Source of the DNA: Giardia intestinalis | Lineage: Eukaryota | Length of the DNA: 64,000 nucleotides | NCBI GenBank assembly: GCA_000002435.2 | Contig: CM018792.1 | Reading direction: 5' to 3' (one strand) | Part shown: positions 9,563 to 17,434 of the stretch, piece after piece | Numbering within the stretch: the stretch's first letter is position 1 | Layout: each line of letters opens with the position of its first letter | Program-made: the position numbers and the translations under genes | Notes under the pieces: model-generated | Told to the model about the DNA's origin: nothing | The model's input: only the letters and a program-made list of their open reading frames with translations | The model's database searches: none

Positions 9563-11065
9563 TCACAAAACCTTGCCCCGTAGGACAAGAAGAAGTCCAG
9601 AAAGCGATGCTGATAATACGCTCAGCATATTAACAGCTGTGTTAGATAATCGCAGTTTGCCCTGCCTCAGAGAAACGGCGCCACGGATACCCTCATTCCT
9701 ACCCAGCCTTCCATCTTGTAAGACACGGTTTTCTTGAAAGAGTGACCCTAGAAGAGAATCTGTAAGAGATCCTTGTATCCCTAGACAAAAGATATAGACG
9801 GCTTCGGGAAATGGTCTTCCTCCCTGCAGGCACCAAAGATATGCAATGGCTCCCGCACCAATAATAGATGCAACAGTCCCACAAAGAGACATGCCGCCGT
9901 CTGTGCCTGGAGGTGCAAGCTTGAGTCTTCCCAGGACAAAGACTCTGGACTCAGGCTTCGCTAGGCCCAGGCCAACCTCAGATGCCAAGGTATCAGCAAA
10001 TGCTTCTGCATAGTTAATGAACGTGAGAAAGAGAAAAGTCTGACGGTGTTGTCTCGGATATATGCGGGATATTAAGGAGCAAACCAGCCCTACATAGGAG
10101 TTGGAAAGAACCTGATATGCATTTCTGATAAATACATCAGCCACGAAGGTGGAGATGCGGTGCTTAAAAACTTTAGAGGCAAATAGGCTGCCGATGACAA
10201 AAAGAAATAGAGGGGTTAAGAATTCATAGCCGGCCAGCGCATGTGCAAAGAACACAAGGATTCCAGCCCGAGCCCCGTGAACAGTCAGATAATGTCTGGC
10301 TACACACAGCTCACCCATCAGGATAATAGCCCAAATAACACAGAACTTATAATAAGAATCAGCGATAATGTAATATCGCAGAACAAAGATCCCTATGAAG
10401 ACAGTTGTATTATCCCACTCGCCAGATATACGCAGAGCCTCAATGATCCCGGCAGAGACGGCGATAATGATCATCTGTGTCACGTTGAGGCCCAAATTAA
10501 GACCGAGAAAACTTTGAGATAGATAAAGACCAAGCATTGCTCCGCCGCATCCTACAAGCATACCTACAACTGTTTTTGCAGAGTCAGGCGCTCGGTAGCG
10601 CCGCCACCCAGAGGGGAAGAATGCAACTAATGAGGACAGCCCATCTCCAAACACGAGGCAAATCAAGCCCACGACACACACACGCCCGATGCTTCTGTTC
10701 CTTGTGTAGAGGAAGTTTGTTACTCCAGACCAGATCCCATATTCCAGTAAGGCGTGCTGTTTGATGATATTTTTCTTGTTCAAGCCCACTGAAACAGATC
10801 GGAGCCATGAGGTGTTCGCAAAGATGTAGAGTAAAATCCCAAATGCTATTGGCAACGCTGCTGATACCGAGGCTGCACCGATAGTCTGTGGGAGCACTGC
10901 AAGATGACATAGGTTCCCTGCCCCCGCCATCACGTGCAGACACCGCCTAGGTAATCCGCGAGGCATGACCTTCTGCAAGAGCACTAAAGTGCTGAGTAAT
11001 AAGCATACAAATGCCAGAAGAAGAGCGAGTGGTCTAACCGCCCCTTCTACGGGGAAACCCCCCAT
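9563..11065 (-). CDS. Multi-pass membrane protein of the TMEM19/DUF92 (VTE6-like) family, possibly with an additional N-terminal polyprenol-kinase-like module.
   Basis: C-terminal FADTLASEVG...PPGTDGGMSLCGTVASIIGAG matches the TMEM19/DUF92 signature (CGDTWASELG...PVGTNGGVT). An N-terminal GDGLSSLVAFFPSG resembles the GDGLA-x-x-G motif of dolichol/phytol kinases. More than ten hydrophobic helices. The track start at 11083 is GTG; the first ATG is at 11063-11065 in an attaaaaATGggg context. Confidence 0.55.
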   Translation of the reverse strand: MGGFPVEGAVRPLALLLAFVCLLLSTLVLLQKVMPRGLPRRCLHVMAGAGNLCHLAVLPQTIGAASVSAALPIAFGILLYIFANTSWLRSVSVGLNKKNIIKQHALLEYGIWSGVTNFLYTRNRSIGRVCVVGLICLVFGDGLSSLVAFFPSGWRRYRAPDSAKTVVGMLVGCGGAMLGLYLSQSFLGLNLGLNVTQMIIIAVSAGIIEALRISGEWDNTTVFIGIFVLRYYIIADSYYKFCVIWAIILMGELCVARHYLTVHGARAGILVFFAHALAGYEFLTPLFLFVIGSLFASKVFKHRISTFVADVFIRNAYQVLSNSYVGLVCSLISRIYPRQHRQTFLFLTFINYAEAFADTLASEVGLGLAKPESRVFVLGRLKLAPPGTDGGMSLCGTVASIIGAGAIAYLWCLQGGRPFPEAVYIFCLGIQGSLTDSLLGSLFQENRVLQDGRLGRNEGIRGAVSLRQGKLRLSNTAVNMLSVLSASLSGLLLVLRGKVL

Positions 11066-11204
11066 TTTTAATTTCAGTTCCACCGTACCACTTGTGGGTG
11101 CCTAGGTGGACGCCAACTTCTGAGGGTCCCACAGCAGAAACACTATGCTAGAATTATTCGTTGAACGAGGAGAAATAAAAAACTCATTCACATAGGACTT
11201 CGTG

Positions 11205-13721
11205 ATGATCTTCGTTTTGCTTTTTCTTTTAGGCGGAGTCTTCTTCGAGTGCACCACAGATAATGAATGTGGTGGTGATGGAGGAGTTTGTGACGTTGCA
11301 ATAAATGGGAAAAGATACTGTTCCAAGTGCGCAGGTAGCGATGCGGGAGCACGAGTGCCCATCAATGGAAAATGCAGACTGCTGAGCCTCTCACGGAGCA
11401 TATGCACAGTGCCCACGGGCAATAACCCTAATCCAGGCACGTGTACGGGCTGCATCCGTGACTTCCTCTTCTACAGGGGCGGGTGCTACCGCACGGCATC
11501 CCTGATCAACGCCATATGCAAGGAGAAGCACATCGTCGAGGAGGGGATGTACTGCGGGGCGTGCGCCATAGAGGGCGACGTCCCGATCGACGGGGTGTGC
11601 GTATCAGCAAGCACAGATAGCTCTGGAAACACGTGCGACAAGGGCGTGTGCACGACATGCGCAAGCGGATACTTCTTCCACTACGGGTCATGCTACAAAT
11701 TCGGAGGATCTCCAGGCAGCACTGTGTGTCCTAAGCCAACTAGCACTACTGGCTCTGTCTGTGATTCTTGCGGGTCGAAGTTCGTCAAGAACCCCAGTGC
11801 GAGCCCATCTGCCACCTCCTGCCTCGCGTGCTACGGCCTGGACGGGACCCTCTTCTGCGAGCGCTGCCGGATGAACGTGCTCACGAGCGCAGACGTGAAG
11901 CCCACTCTGTGCACACAGTGCAAAATAGGCTACGTGCCCGTGGATGGTCGTTGTGTGTCAACTTACTCTGCCACCTCGGCTCTTGCAGGGTGCTCTACCT
12001 ATAGCGGTAATGAGAATACAAAGGGACTTTGCGAAACGTGCTCCTCCGGCTACATGCTCTTCTACGGGAGCTGCTACTCTGTCAACGGCCCCCTCGCCCA
12101 GGCCATCTGCAAGACCGAGAACCAGATCTACCTTGGGGGAAGGGTCTTCTGCAAGCAGTGCGCCCAGGCAGACCACTACCCCATCAACGGCTTATGCATT
12201 GCTGATAAGGGATCACATACGTGCGAGGCGGGTATCTGCACAATATGCGACACCAGCACAACCCCCGTCGACAACTCCAAGGTTTTCCCGTTCTATAACG
12301 GCTGCTATGATGCAAACTCTGCAATCGGAAAGCTAATATGCCAGGAGGCGTCTAATGGAGCGTGCTCAACTTGCAATACAAACGAGACATCGAATATAAT
12401 AGCTAATCCTAATTCTGCAGATGGCCAACCAAAATGTCTTGGATGTTGGGACGAGGCAGCTACTGGGGTGGCCAACTGCGGAGGGTGTGCGACCGGCACA
12501 GACGGCGATTCCAAGATCGTCTGCAGCAAGTGCACCGACTCGACGGAACCCAAAGACAACACGTGCCCTCAGGCCCTCCCGCCCACAACGCCTGAAGGAT
12601 GCGCCGTGCAGGGCTGCCAGGCGTGCTCGAAGGACTCCCCCACGACGTGCGACGCCTGCTTCGAGCCTCTCATCATGAAAGAGGACAAGACGAAGTGCTT
12701 CGGGAGTTGCCTGGCGCTGGGCCCGGGCTACTACAACAACTCTGGGATATGCAGCCCATGCATAGAGAACTGTCTCCTTTGTACAGACGGGGCCACGTGC
12801 TCCCAGTGCGACGAAGGATATTATCTTGAACTATCGTCTGCTAATTCATCACAAGGTACTTGTAAGAAATGCGCTGCTGGCTGTTCTGCATGTAATGATG
12901 GCACTGACACTAGTTGTACAGCGTGCCTTCCTGGGTATTACATTGCAAGTGAGTCAAAAGCAAATAGAGCTGCAAAGTGTGTTCTATGTAACACTACTGA
13001 AAGCGACTACACTGGAATTCCAAATTGTATCGCTTGCTTTAGTACCGTAGGAAACAATGGGGCAAAGAATGTTAGGTGCAGTCAGTGCGAAGAAGGATAT
13101 ATTAAAAAACACAATGGATCTCAAGTTGTTTGTGAGCCTCCAACTCCAGAATGTAATGCCGCAATGTGCTCGGTTTGTGTTGAAAATAACCCAGATCGTT
13201 GTGAGCACTGCACGACCGGCGCGTACCTCTGCCCGCGGACGGCGGCGTGCACGAAGGACTGCGCCAGCTGCGGGGGCTCGATGTACCCCGACGAGGACCT
13301 CGGGGAGTGCCAGCCGTGCGACATCGCGAACTGCCGGGTCTGCGCGACGGGGCTCAAGTGCGAGAGCTGCGCGGAGAGCGCCGTCCCCATCTCCCCGGAC
13401 GTCTACCACACGGCGTGCATGGGCTGCAGCGACACCGGGGGCATGGACGGCTGGGTGGGCCTCGCGGGGTGCACGACCTGCGAGCTGACCGACAAGGGCG
13501 GCGGGAGCGTCAACTGCCTCGACCCTGGCTACTACCGGCGGGGCGGGCTCGGCGGGGGAGCAATCGCCGCCATCGTCATCGTCGTCCTCCTCGTCCTGGC
13601 CGTCGCCGGCTTCCTCGTCTGGTGGTTCGTCTTCAGGAGGGGCGGCCGGCCCAAGCGCGGGGCGAAGTACACATCGCTCATGCGGGGCGAGTCCTACGAC
13701 TACCGCCAGTCTCTAATATGA
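11205..13721 (+). CDS. High-cysteine membrane protein of the VSP-like family: signal peptide, many CXXC and GGCY repeats, a C-terminal transmembrane helix and a short basic tail. This is the non-VSP 'HCMP' type; the tail is not CRGKA.
   Basis: Signal peptide MIFVLLFLLGGVFFEC. There are more than 25 CXXC motifs. GGCY-type repeats include YRGGCYRT, HYGSCYKF, FYGSCYSV and FYNGCYDA. Transmembrane helix AIAAIVIVVLLVLAVAGFLVWWFVF followed by RRGGRPKRGAKY... The ATG is at 11205, directly after the GTG used by the ORF track. Confidence 0.75.
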   Translation: MIFVLLFLLGGVFFECTTDNECGGDGGVCDVAINGKRYCSKCAGSDAGARVPINGKCRLLSLSRSICTVPTGNNPNPGTCTGCIRDFLFYRGGCYRTASLINAICKEKHIVEEGMYCGACAIEGDVPIDGVCVSASTDSSGNTCDKGVCTTCASGYFFHYGSCYKFGGSPGSTVCPKPTSTTGSVCDSCGSKFVKNPSASPSATSCLACYGLDGTLFCERCRMNVLTSADVKPTLCTQCKIGYVPVDGRCVSTYSATSALAGCSTYSGNENTKGLCETCSSGYMLFYGSCYSVNGPLAQAICKTENQIYLGGRVFCKQCAQADHYPINGLCIADKGSHTCEAGICTICDTSTTPVDNSKVFPFYNGCYDANSAIGKLICQEASNGACSTCNTNETSNIIANPNSADGQPKCLGCWDEAATGVANCGGCATGTDGDSKIVCSKCTDSTEPKDNTCPQALPPTTPEGCAVQGCQACSKDSPTTCDACFEPLIMKEDKTKCFGSCLALGPGYYNNSGICSPCIENCLLCTDGATCSQCDEGYYLELSSANSSQGTCKKCAAGCSACNDGTDTSCTACLPGYYIASESKANRAAKCVLCNTTESDYTGIPNCIACFSTVGNNGAKNVRCSQCEEGYIKKHNGSQVVCEPPTPECNAAMCSVCVENNPDRCEHCTTGAYLCPRTAACTKDCASCGGSMYPDEDLGECQPCDIANCRVCATGLKCESCAESAVPISPDVYHTACMGCSDTGGMDGWVGLAGCTTCELTDKGGGSVNCLDPGYYRRGGLGGGAIAAIVIVVLLVLAVAGFLVWWFVFRRGGRPKRGAKYTSLMRGESYDYRQSLI

Positions 13722-14450
13722 TTCCCCAGTAAACGGAGCTATCGCCTGCCGGTGCCTGTCTCTGAACGCGCATATCCCGGAGATGTCGACGGAGCCGAGG
13801 AGCCTCCGCACCCGCAAGCGCTCCCCCGGAAAGGGCTCGGTGTCCGCCGTCTTCGAGATCGACACGCTGCACTCTGCGGCATCCGACGCGACGCAGGAGA
13901 GGCCGTTGTGGAGCACCACCCGGGAGATCTCGCTGACGTGGACGGACAGCATGGGCCGCAGGATGCACACTCGATGCCTGGCCCTGCTGGCAAAGTCCCT
14001 GACCTCGCAGTTGTAGTACCCCCGGAGCCCGAAGAAGGAGGCCCCGTGGACCCCGGTGATCGCCAGGGTCTCCAGGTCGTCCAGCAGGTGGTGGCCGAGG
14101 GCCAGGGCGTCGTAGCCGCCGGCGGACACAAAGCTCGCCAGTGTTCCGCGGCGGCAGCGAGAGCAGACGCTGCACGCAGACGCCTTCCTGGCCTCCTGCC
14201 CCGATGCATCCAGGCGGGCGATCTTGGCCGAGACGTCCATCCCAACCACCTGCTGCTCGAACGTCATGGCTCCCTCTGCGGCGTCGTCGATCGACAGCGC
14301 GCACGGGCAGAGGCTCCGTATCGTGTCCAGGATGAAGCCGGGTATCTTTGGGTCGAAGGTCACAGGGGTCACTTCCAGCGCCCCCAGGTCTCCTAGGCCG
14401 ATGGGGTCGAGCAATCCTCGTCTGGCCATTAGAGACAAAAGGGAAAGGTG
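13200..14450. other. GC-rich compositional island (about 68-72% GC against a ~49% background) spanning the convergent 3' ends of the high-cysteine membrane protein and TtcA-like genes.
   Basis: The sequence is dominated by G/C-ending codons. Several long stop-free spurious ORFs occur in other frames: 13057..13488, 13247..13732, 13678..14574, 13739..14245 and 13752..14396. Composition returns to background near 13200 and 14450. Confidence 0.6.
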
Positions 14451-15371
14451 AAGAAGAAGGCAGAGGCTGTCTTTTCCTCCTGAAAAGGCCACAGCTACTC
14501 GACGCAGGTTGCGAACGCGCTTTTCTCCAACCATAAAGGCAGCAATAGCGGACAGGACAGAGGTTGATGGACAAAAGGACTTGTGGACCACGTCCCCTTT
14601 ATCAGTTCTAAAGATAATCTTGACCGAAGCTAACTTATCTTGAATTGACGCCGAGGCAAAATACTCTGGAGAGCAATTGACCCTAAAATCACTGTTTGCC
14701 TGCAGCGTATGTCCTCGAAGCAACGCAGCAAAGGCTGAAGTAATATTTCTCAGGGCATGAGGGTTTATCTCTAGACTACTTGTGAGATACGACATAATCT
14801 TCAACGAATCACCAGGAGGTTCGGTAAAGCGCTTCCTGGCGGGCTGTGGGACAGTATGAGCTTCACCTGTGCATCCACTGATAAAAGAATCGAAATCCGG
14901 AGCGCATTGGAGCGAGTCAAGCTGGGTATCAGCTATGTAGAGGTACACATACATGATGCTATTTCGTGATGGCCCAGCCACGGTCGTTGCTGAAAACATT
15001 TCTAGGAACCAGTTTCTTCCCAACGTACTGTTTCTTGACCAATCTACCTCGAGGAAAAGCTTCTTATCTGGAAAGCAGGTAGAAAGCTCTTCGAGATCAG
15101 AGCAAGTCGTTAGCCCAAACGCTTGGCTAAGGCGATTTGTTATCTCCAGTGACCCGATGAGGCAGAGAGGAAAGAGTCCTCTTATCTTTCTCGCTGTGTG
15201 ATAAAGAAGTACTACGGCGAAGGCATAGTCGCGAATGGCTTTGTCGTCAGACAAGGGCTTGAGGAAATAAAAGACGGCCTTCTCCAGGACAGCTGTATCA
15301 TAGAGGATGTAAAGAGCCTGCTGAACGTGGCCGAGAGCGCTTTTCGGGGGTCTAAGAGAACGCTCGTGCAT
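13713..15371 (-). CDS. PP-loop ATPase of the TtcA/CTU1 (tRNA 2-thiolation) family carrying a ~296-aa N-terminal extension of unknown function.
   Basis: PP-loop motif VAFSGGKDSLCLL lies at nt 14466-14483. The sequence CSVCSRCRRGTLASFVSAGGYDALALGHHLLDDLETL is nearly colinear with E. coli TtcA [37 protein letters not shown]. ATG at 15369-15371. Confidence 0.6.
   Translation of the reverse strand: MHERSLRPPKSALGHVQQALYILYDTAVLEKAVFYFLKPLSDDKAIRDYAFAVVLLYHTARKIRGLFPLCLIGSLEITNRLSQAFGLTTCSDLEELSTCFPDKKLFLEVDWSRNSTLGRNWFLEMFSATTVAGPSRNSIMYVYLYIADTQLDSLQCAPDFDSFISGCTGEAHTVPQPARKRFTEPPGDSLKIMSYLTSSLEINPHALRNITSAFAALLRGHTLQANSDFRVNCSPEYFASASIQDKLASVKIIFRTDKGDVVHKSFCPSTSVLSAIAAFMVGEKRVRNLRRVAVAFSGGKDSLCLLLHLSLLSLMARRGLLDPIGLGDLGALEVTPVTFDPKIPGFILDTIRSLCPCALSIDDAAEGAMTFEQQVVGMDVSAKIARLDASGQEARKASACSVCSRCRRGTLASFVSAGGYDALALGHHLLDDLETLAITGVHGASFFGLRGYYNCEVRDFASRARHRVCILRPMLSVHVSEISRVVLHNGLSCVASDAAECSVSISKTADTEPFPGERLRVRRLLGSVDISGICAFRDRHRQAIAPFTGESY
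13728..13734 (+). terminator. Giardia-type polyadenylation signal AGTAAAC (AGTRAAY), starting 7 nt after the high-cysteine membrane protein stop codon.
   Basis: The sequence tgattccccAGTAAACgg is read directly. It is the only canonical AGTRAAY I found immediately downstream of a stop codon in this window. Confidence 0.4.
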
Positions 15372-15379
15372 AGAGGGTG

Positions 15380-17407
15380 TTAAATTTTGAAAAGATTCGC
15401 CATCTCCAGCAATAGCGGCAACAGTGGTTCGAGGTGTGAAGCACCTTTATTACTCTGCAATCTGGAGTGCAGGCTTTCGTACAATGCACTTGTCTGAGGC
15501 TGTTTTTTAACGGCTTCTGGAAGAAGGGAATATGCCTTAAAAGCAAGGCTGTCCTCTGGGATTGCTGGTGGAGAAGCCTGGACTTGTGGTGTCACAAGTG
15601 TCGCCTCCACTTGCTCGGTTTTTGGTGTCTGTTGATCAGCTGTGCAACTATCTATAAGTCCACCTGAAACACTAGCTCTGAGCTCCTCAACCAGACGTGG
15701 AGCATCTGGAGTCCCAAGTGCCATCAGTATGGATTCTGAAAGCCCAACGTCACACTGAGGTGATTGTAAAAAGCGCCCTGGATACGCGGCCCGGGGATCA
15801 GCCAGTCCCGAAATGGCAGAAACGGTAAGCCTATCGCGAATGCCTGTGTGCCCTCTCTCGTTACCTGCAGGCATTCCAGATGTGGAGAGGCCCAAGTTCA
15901 CGTTCACTCCAACGCTTCCAGCTAGGGAGCGAGTGAAGGCGTACTTGGAATGTGATAAGCTCTGGCCGGTATCGATGCCCGTGACTGTCTGAGATGCTGA
16001 GGTGACCGATGCAATTGTGTCCTCCAGAAGGCTCAGATTCCCCATAGACGCTTGCGAGAGGTCAAGGCCCCCGGAGTCCTCCTTGTCTAGAACAACGGTG
16101 ATGTCACCATGTGTATTCTTCATGATCATTGGCTTGTATGCCAAGACGATGTTGACCGTGTTCTCAGTAGCAGGCGGCTGTGCAGCCTCCGGGGCTGCGT
16201 GAAGAATGCTTACACGGGTGCTTCGAGCAAGAGAGTTCGGGTGTCCGATGGCCGTAAAGATATTAGTCTCAATAAATCCTAGATTGCGTACTTCGTCACG
16301 CACAAGCTTGTGCACCTCGAATATGCTGACACGGTCCTTGGGGCGCTGGACAAGACACAGGGAAATAATGTTCTTGAGTGCGTCTGAATACTTGACACGC
16401 TTGTCCTGAAAGCTGAACTCTGCGCGATAGTTATAGCGAAGATCGTTGTCTGGAAATGGCAACCGTCTATACATCAGTCGATACAGCAATATTCCGAAGG
16501 CAAAGACATCAACAGCAGTGCCCAGGGGAAATTCAGGGTCGATCTTGATCTGCTCGGGGGCCCGGAAGCACGGGGTTGTCTTCAGCTCCAAGGACCTCAT
16601 CAAATCCTTCATCCCCTGCTCATTGTTCTTCATTAGATCTTGAAGCCTCTCGGAATCGTAAGACTCTGTGGTGCAGGATCCAAAGTCACAAAGCCTAAGA
16701 AGCTCTGGAAACTTGGTTGTGCAGCCATTATTGGCCAGTATATCGTCCAAATCATATGGCTCCAAGATCAGAATATTTTCTAACTTGAGGTCTCGATGTG
16801 AGCACCCCTTGCTGTGCAGACAGAGAATAGCAAGGGTGATGTTGTATGCAAACCTCCATATGAGTGGTTCTGGAAGAAAGACCTTGCGCTCTGAACATTT
16901 AATAAGGAGTTTGACGCAGTTCCCGCCCGAGCAATATTCAAGCAGTAGGCGGATAGTGGTGCAAGGAAGCCTTTTCATGCTATGCTTTCCCCCGTCCTGG
17001 ACTCCATGTCCCACACCGGGGACGGGGAGCGCGGAGGATGACAGCTTTAGTTCACGTTCCTGGGGCGCAAATTGTGATGATGTGATACTTGATGCTAGAT
17101 AGGACTGGGAACTGTGCATGCCATTTACGGTTAAATACTCATCAAAACACGCAAAATCTGCAGGGATATAAGTATCATCTAGAAGTAATCCGTGGAATCT
17201 AACAACACACTTTTCGTTGTTGAATCGGAGATGGAAGTAGATCTCTGTTATTGCATCATCATAAACCTTCAGGTCTGACACAGAAAGATGCTTCAATACA
17301 TACTGTTCTCCCGCACAGGATGCAGAATAAATGCGTGCAGATCCGCCCCTTGCAATCTCTTGGCCCACAATGATCTCCTTGTCTCCGAAACGCAAAATGC
17401 TATCCAT
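15380..17407 (-). CDS. Ser/Thr protein kinase of the NAK family (AAK1/Ark1/Prk1-like): N-terminal kinase domain followed by a long low-complexity C-terminal tail.
   Basis: Catalytic loop HRDLKLENILI, activation-loop LCDFGSCT, then CFRAPEQIKID...PLGTAVDVFAFGILLY. Compare the NAK consensus HRDLKVENLLL / KLCDFGSAT / YRTPEMVDLY. ATG at 17405-17407. Confidence 0.65.
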   Translation of the reverse strand: MDSILRFGDKEIIVGQEIARGGSARIYSASCAGEQYVLKHLSVSDLKVYDDAITEIYFHLRFNNEKCVVRFHGLLLDDTYIPADFACFDEYLTVNGMHSSQSYLASSITSSQFAPQERELKLSSSALPVPGVGHGVQDGGKHSMKRLPCTTIRLLLEYCSGGNCVKLLIKCSERKVFLPEPLIWRFAYNITLAILCLHSKGCSHRDLKLENILILEPYDLDDILANNGCTTKFPELLRLCDFGSCTTESYDSERLQDLMKNNEQGMKDLMRSLELKTTPCFRAPEQIKIDPEFPLGTAVDVFAFGILLYRLMYRRLPFPDNDLRYNYRAEFSFQDKRVKYSDALKNIISLCLVQRPKDRVSIFEVHKLVRDEVRNLGFIETNIFTAIGHPNSLARSTRVSILHAAPEAAQPPATENTVNIVLAYKPMIMKNTHGDITVVLDKEDSGGLDLSQASMGNLSLLEDTIASVTSASQTVTGIDTGQSLSHSKYAFTRSLAGSVGVNVNLGLSTSGMPAGNERGHTGIRDRLTVSAISGLADPRAAYPGRFLQSPQCDVGLSESILMALGTPDAPRLVEELRASVSGGLIDSCTADQQTPKTEQVEATLVTPQVQASPPAIPEDSLAFKAYSLLPEAVKKQPQTSALYESLHSRLQSNKGASHLEPLLPLLLEMANLFKI

Positions 17408-17434
17408 TCAAGAGTTTTGTCAACGAAAATAAAA
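17408..17434. promoter_or_regulatory. 27-bp shared divergent promoter region between the NAK-family kinase and PME-1 genes. Contains A-rich initiator-like sequence (caacgaaaataaaaATG).
   Basis: The two start codons are 27 bp apart on opposite strands. Giardia promoters are known to be very short, A/T-rich initiators close to the ATG. Confidence 0.4.

Noticed and set aside
13057-14574. Five long overlapping ORFs in alternative frames in this interval: 13057..13488, 13247..13732, 13678..14574, 13739..14245 and 13752..14396. They are extremely rich in Arg, Pro, Gly and Ala.
   Set aside because: They all fall in the ~70% GC island, where stop codons are statistically rare. They have low-complexity composition and no recognisable motifs. 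They overlap two ORFs that do carry clear family signatures, namely the cysteine-rich membrane protein and the TtcA PP-loop gene. I therefore treat them as compositional artefacts.
17288-17434. ATG-initiated N-terminal extension of the PME-1 ORF (MLQYILFSRTGCRIN...).
   Set aside because: It would overlap the first 120 bp of the NAK-family kinase CDS on the opposite strand. The downstream ATG at 17435 has the typical A-rich context aaaaATG, and the PME-1 homology starts after it.
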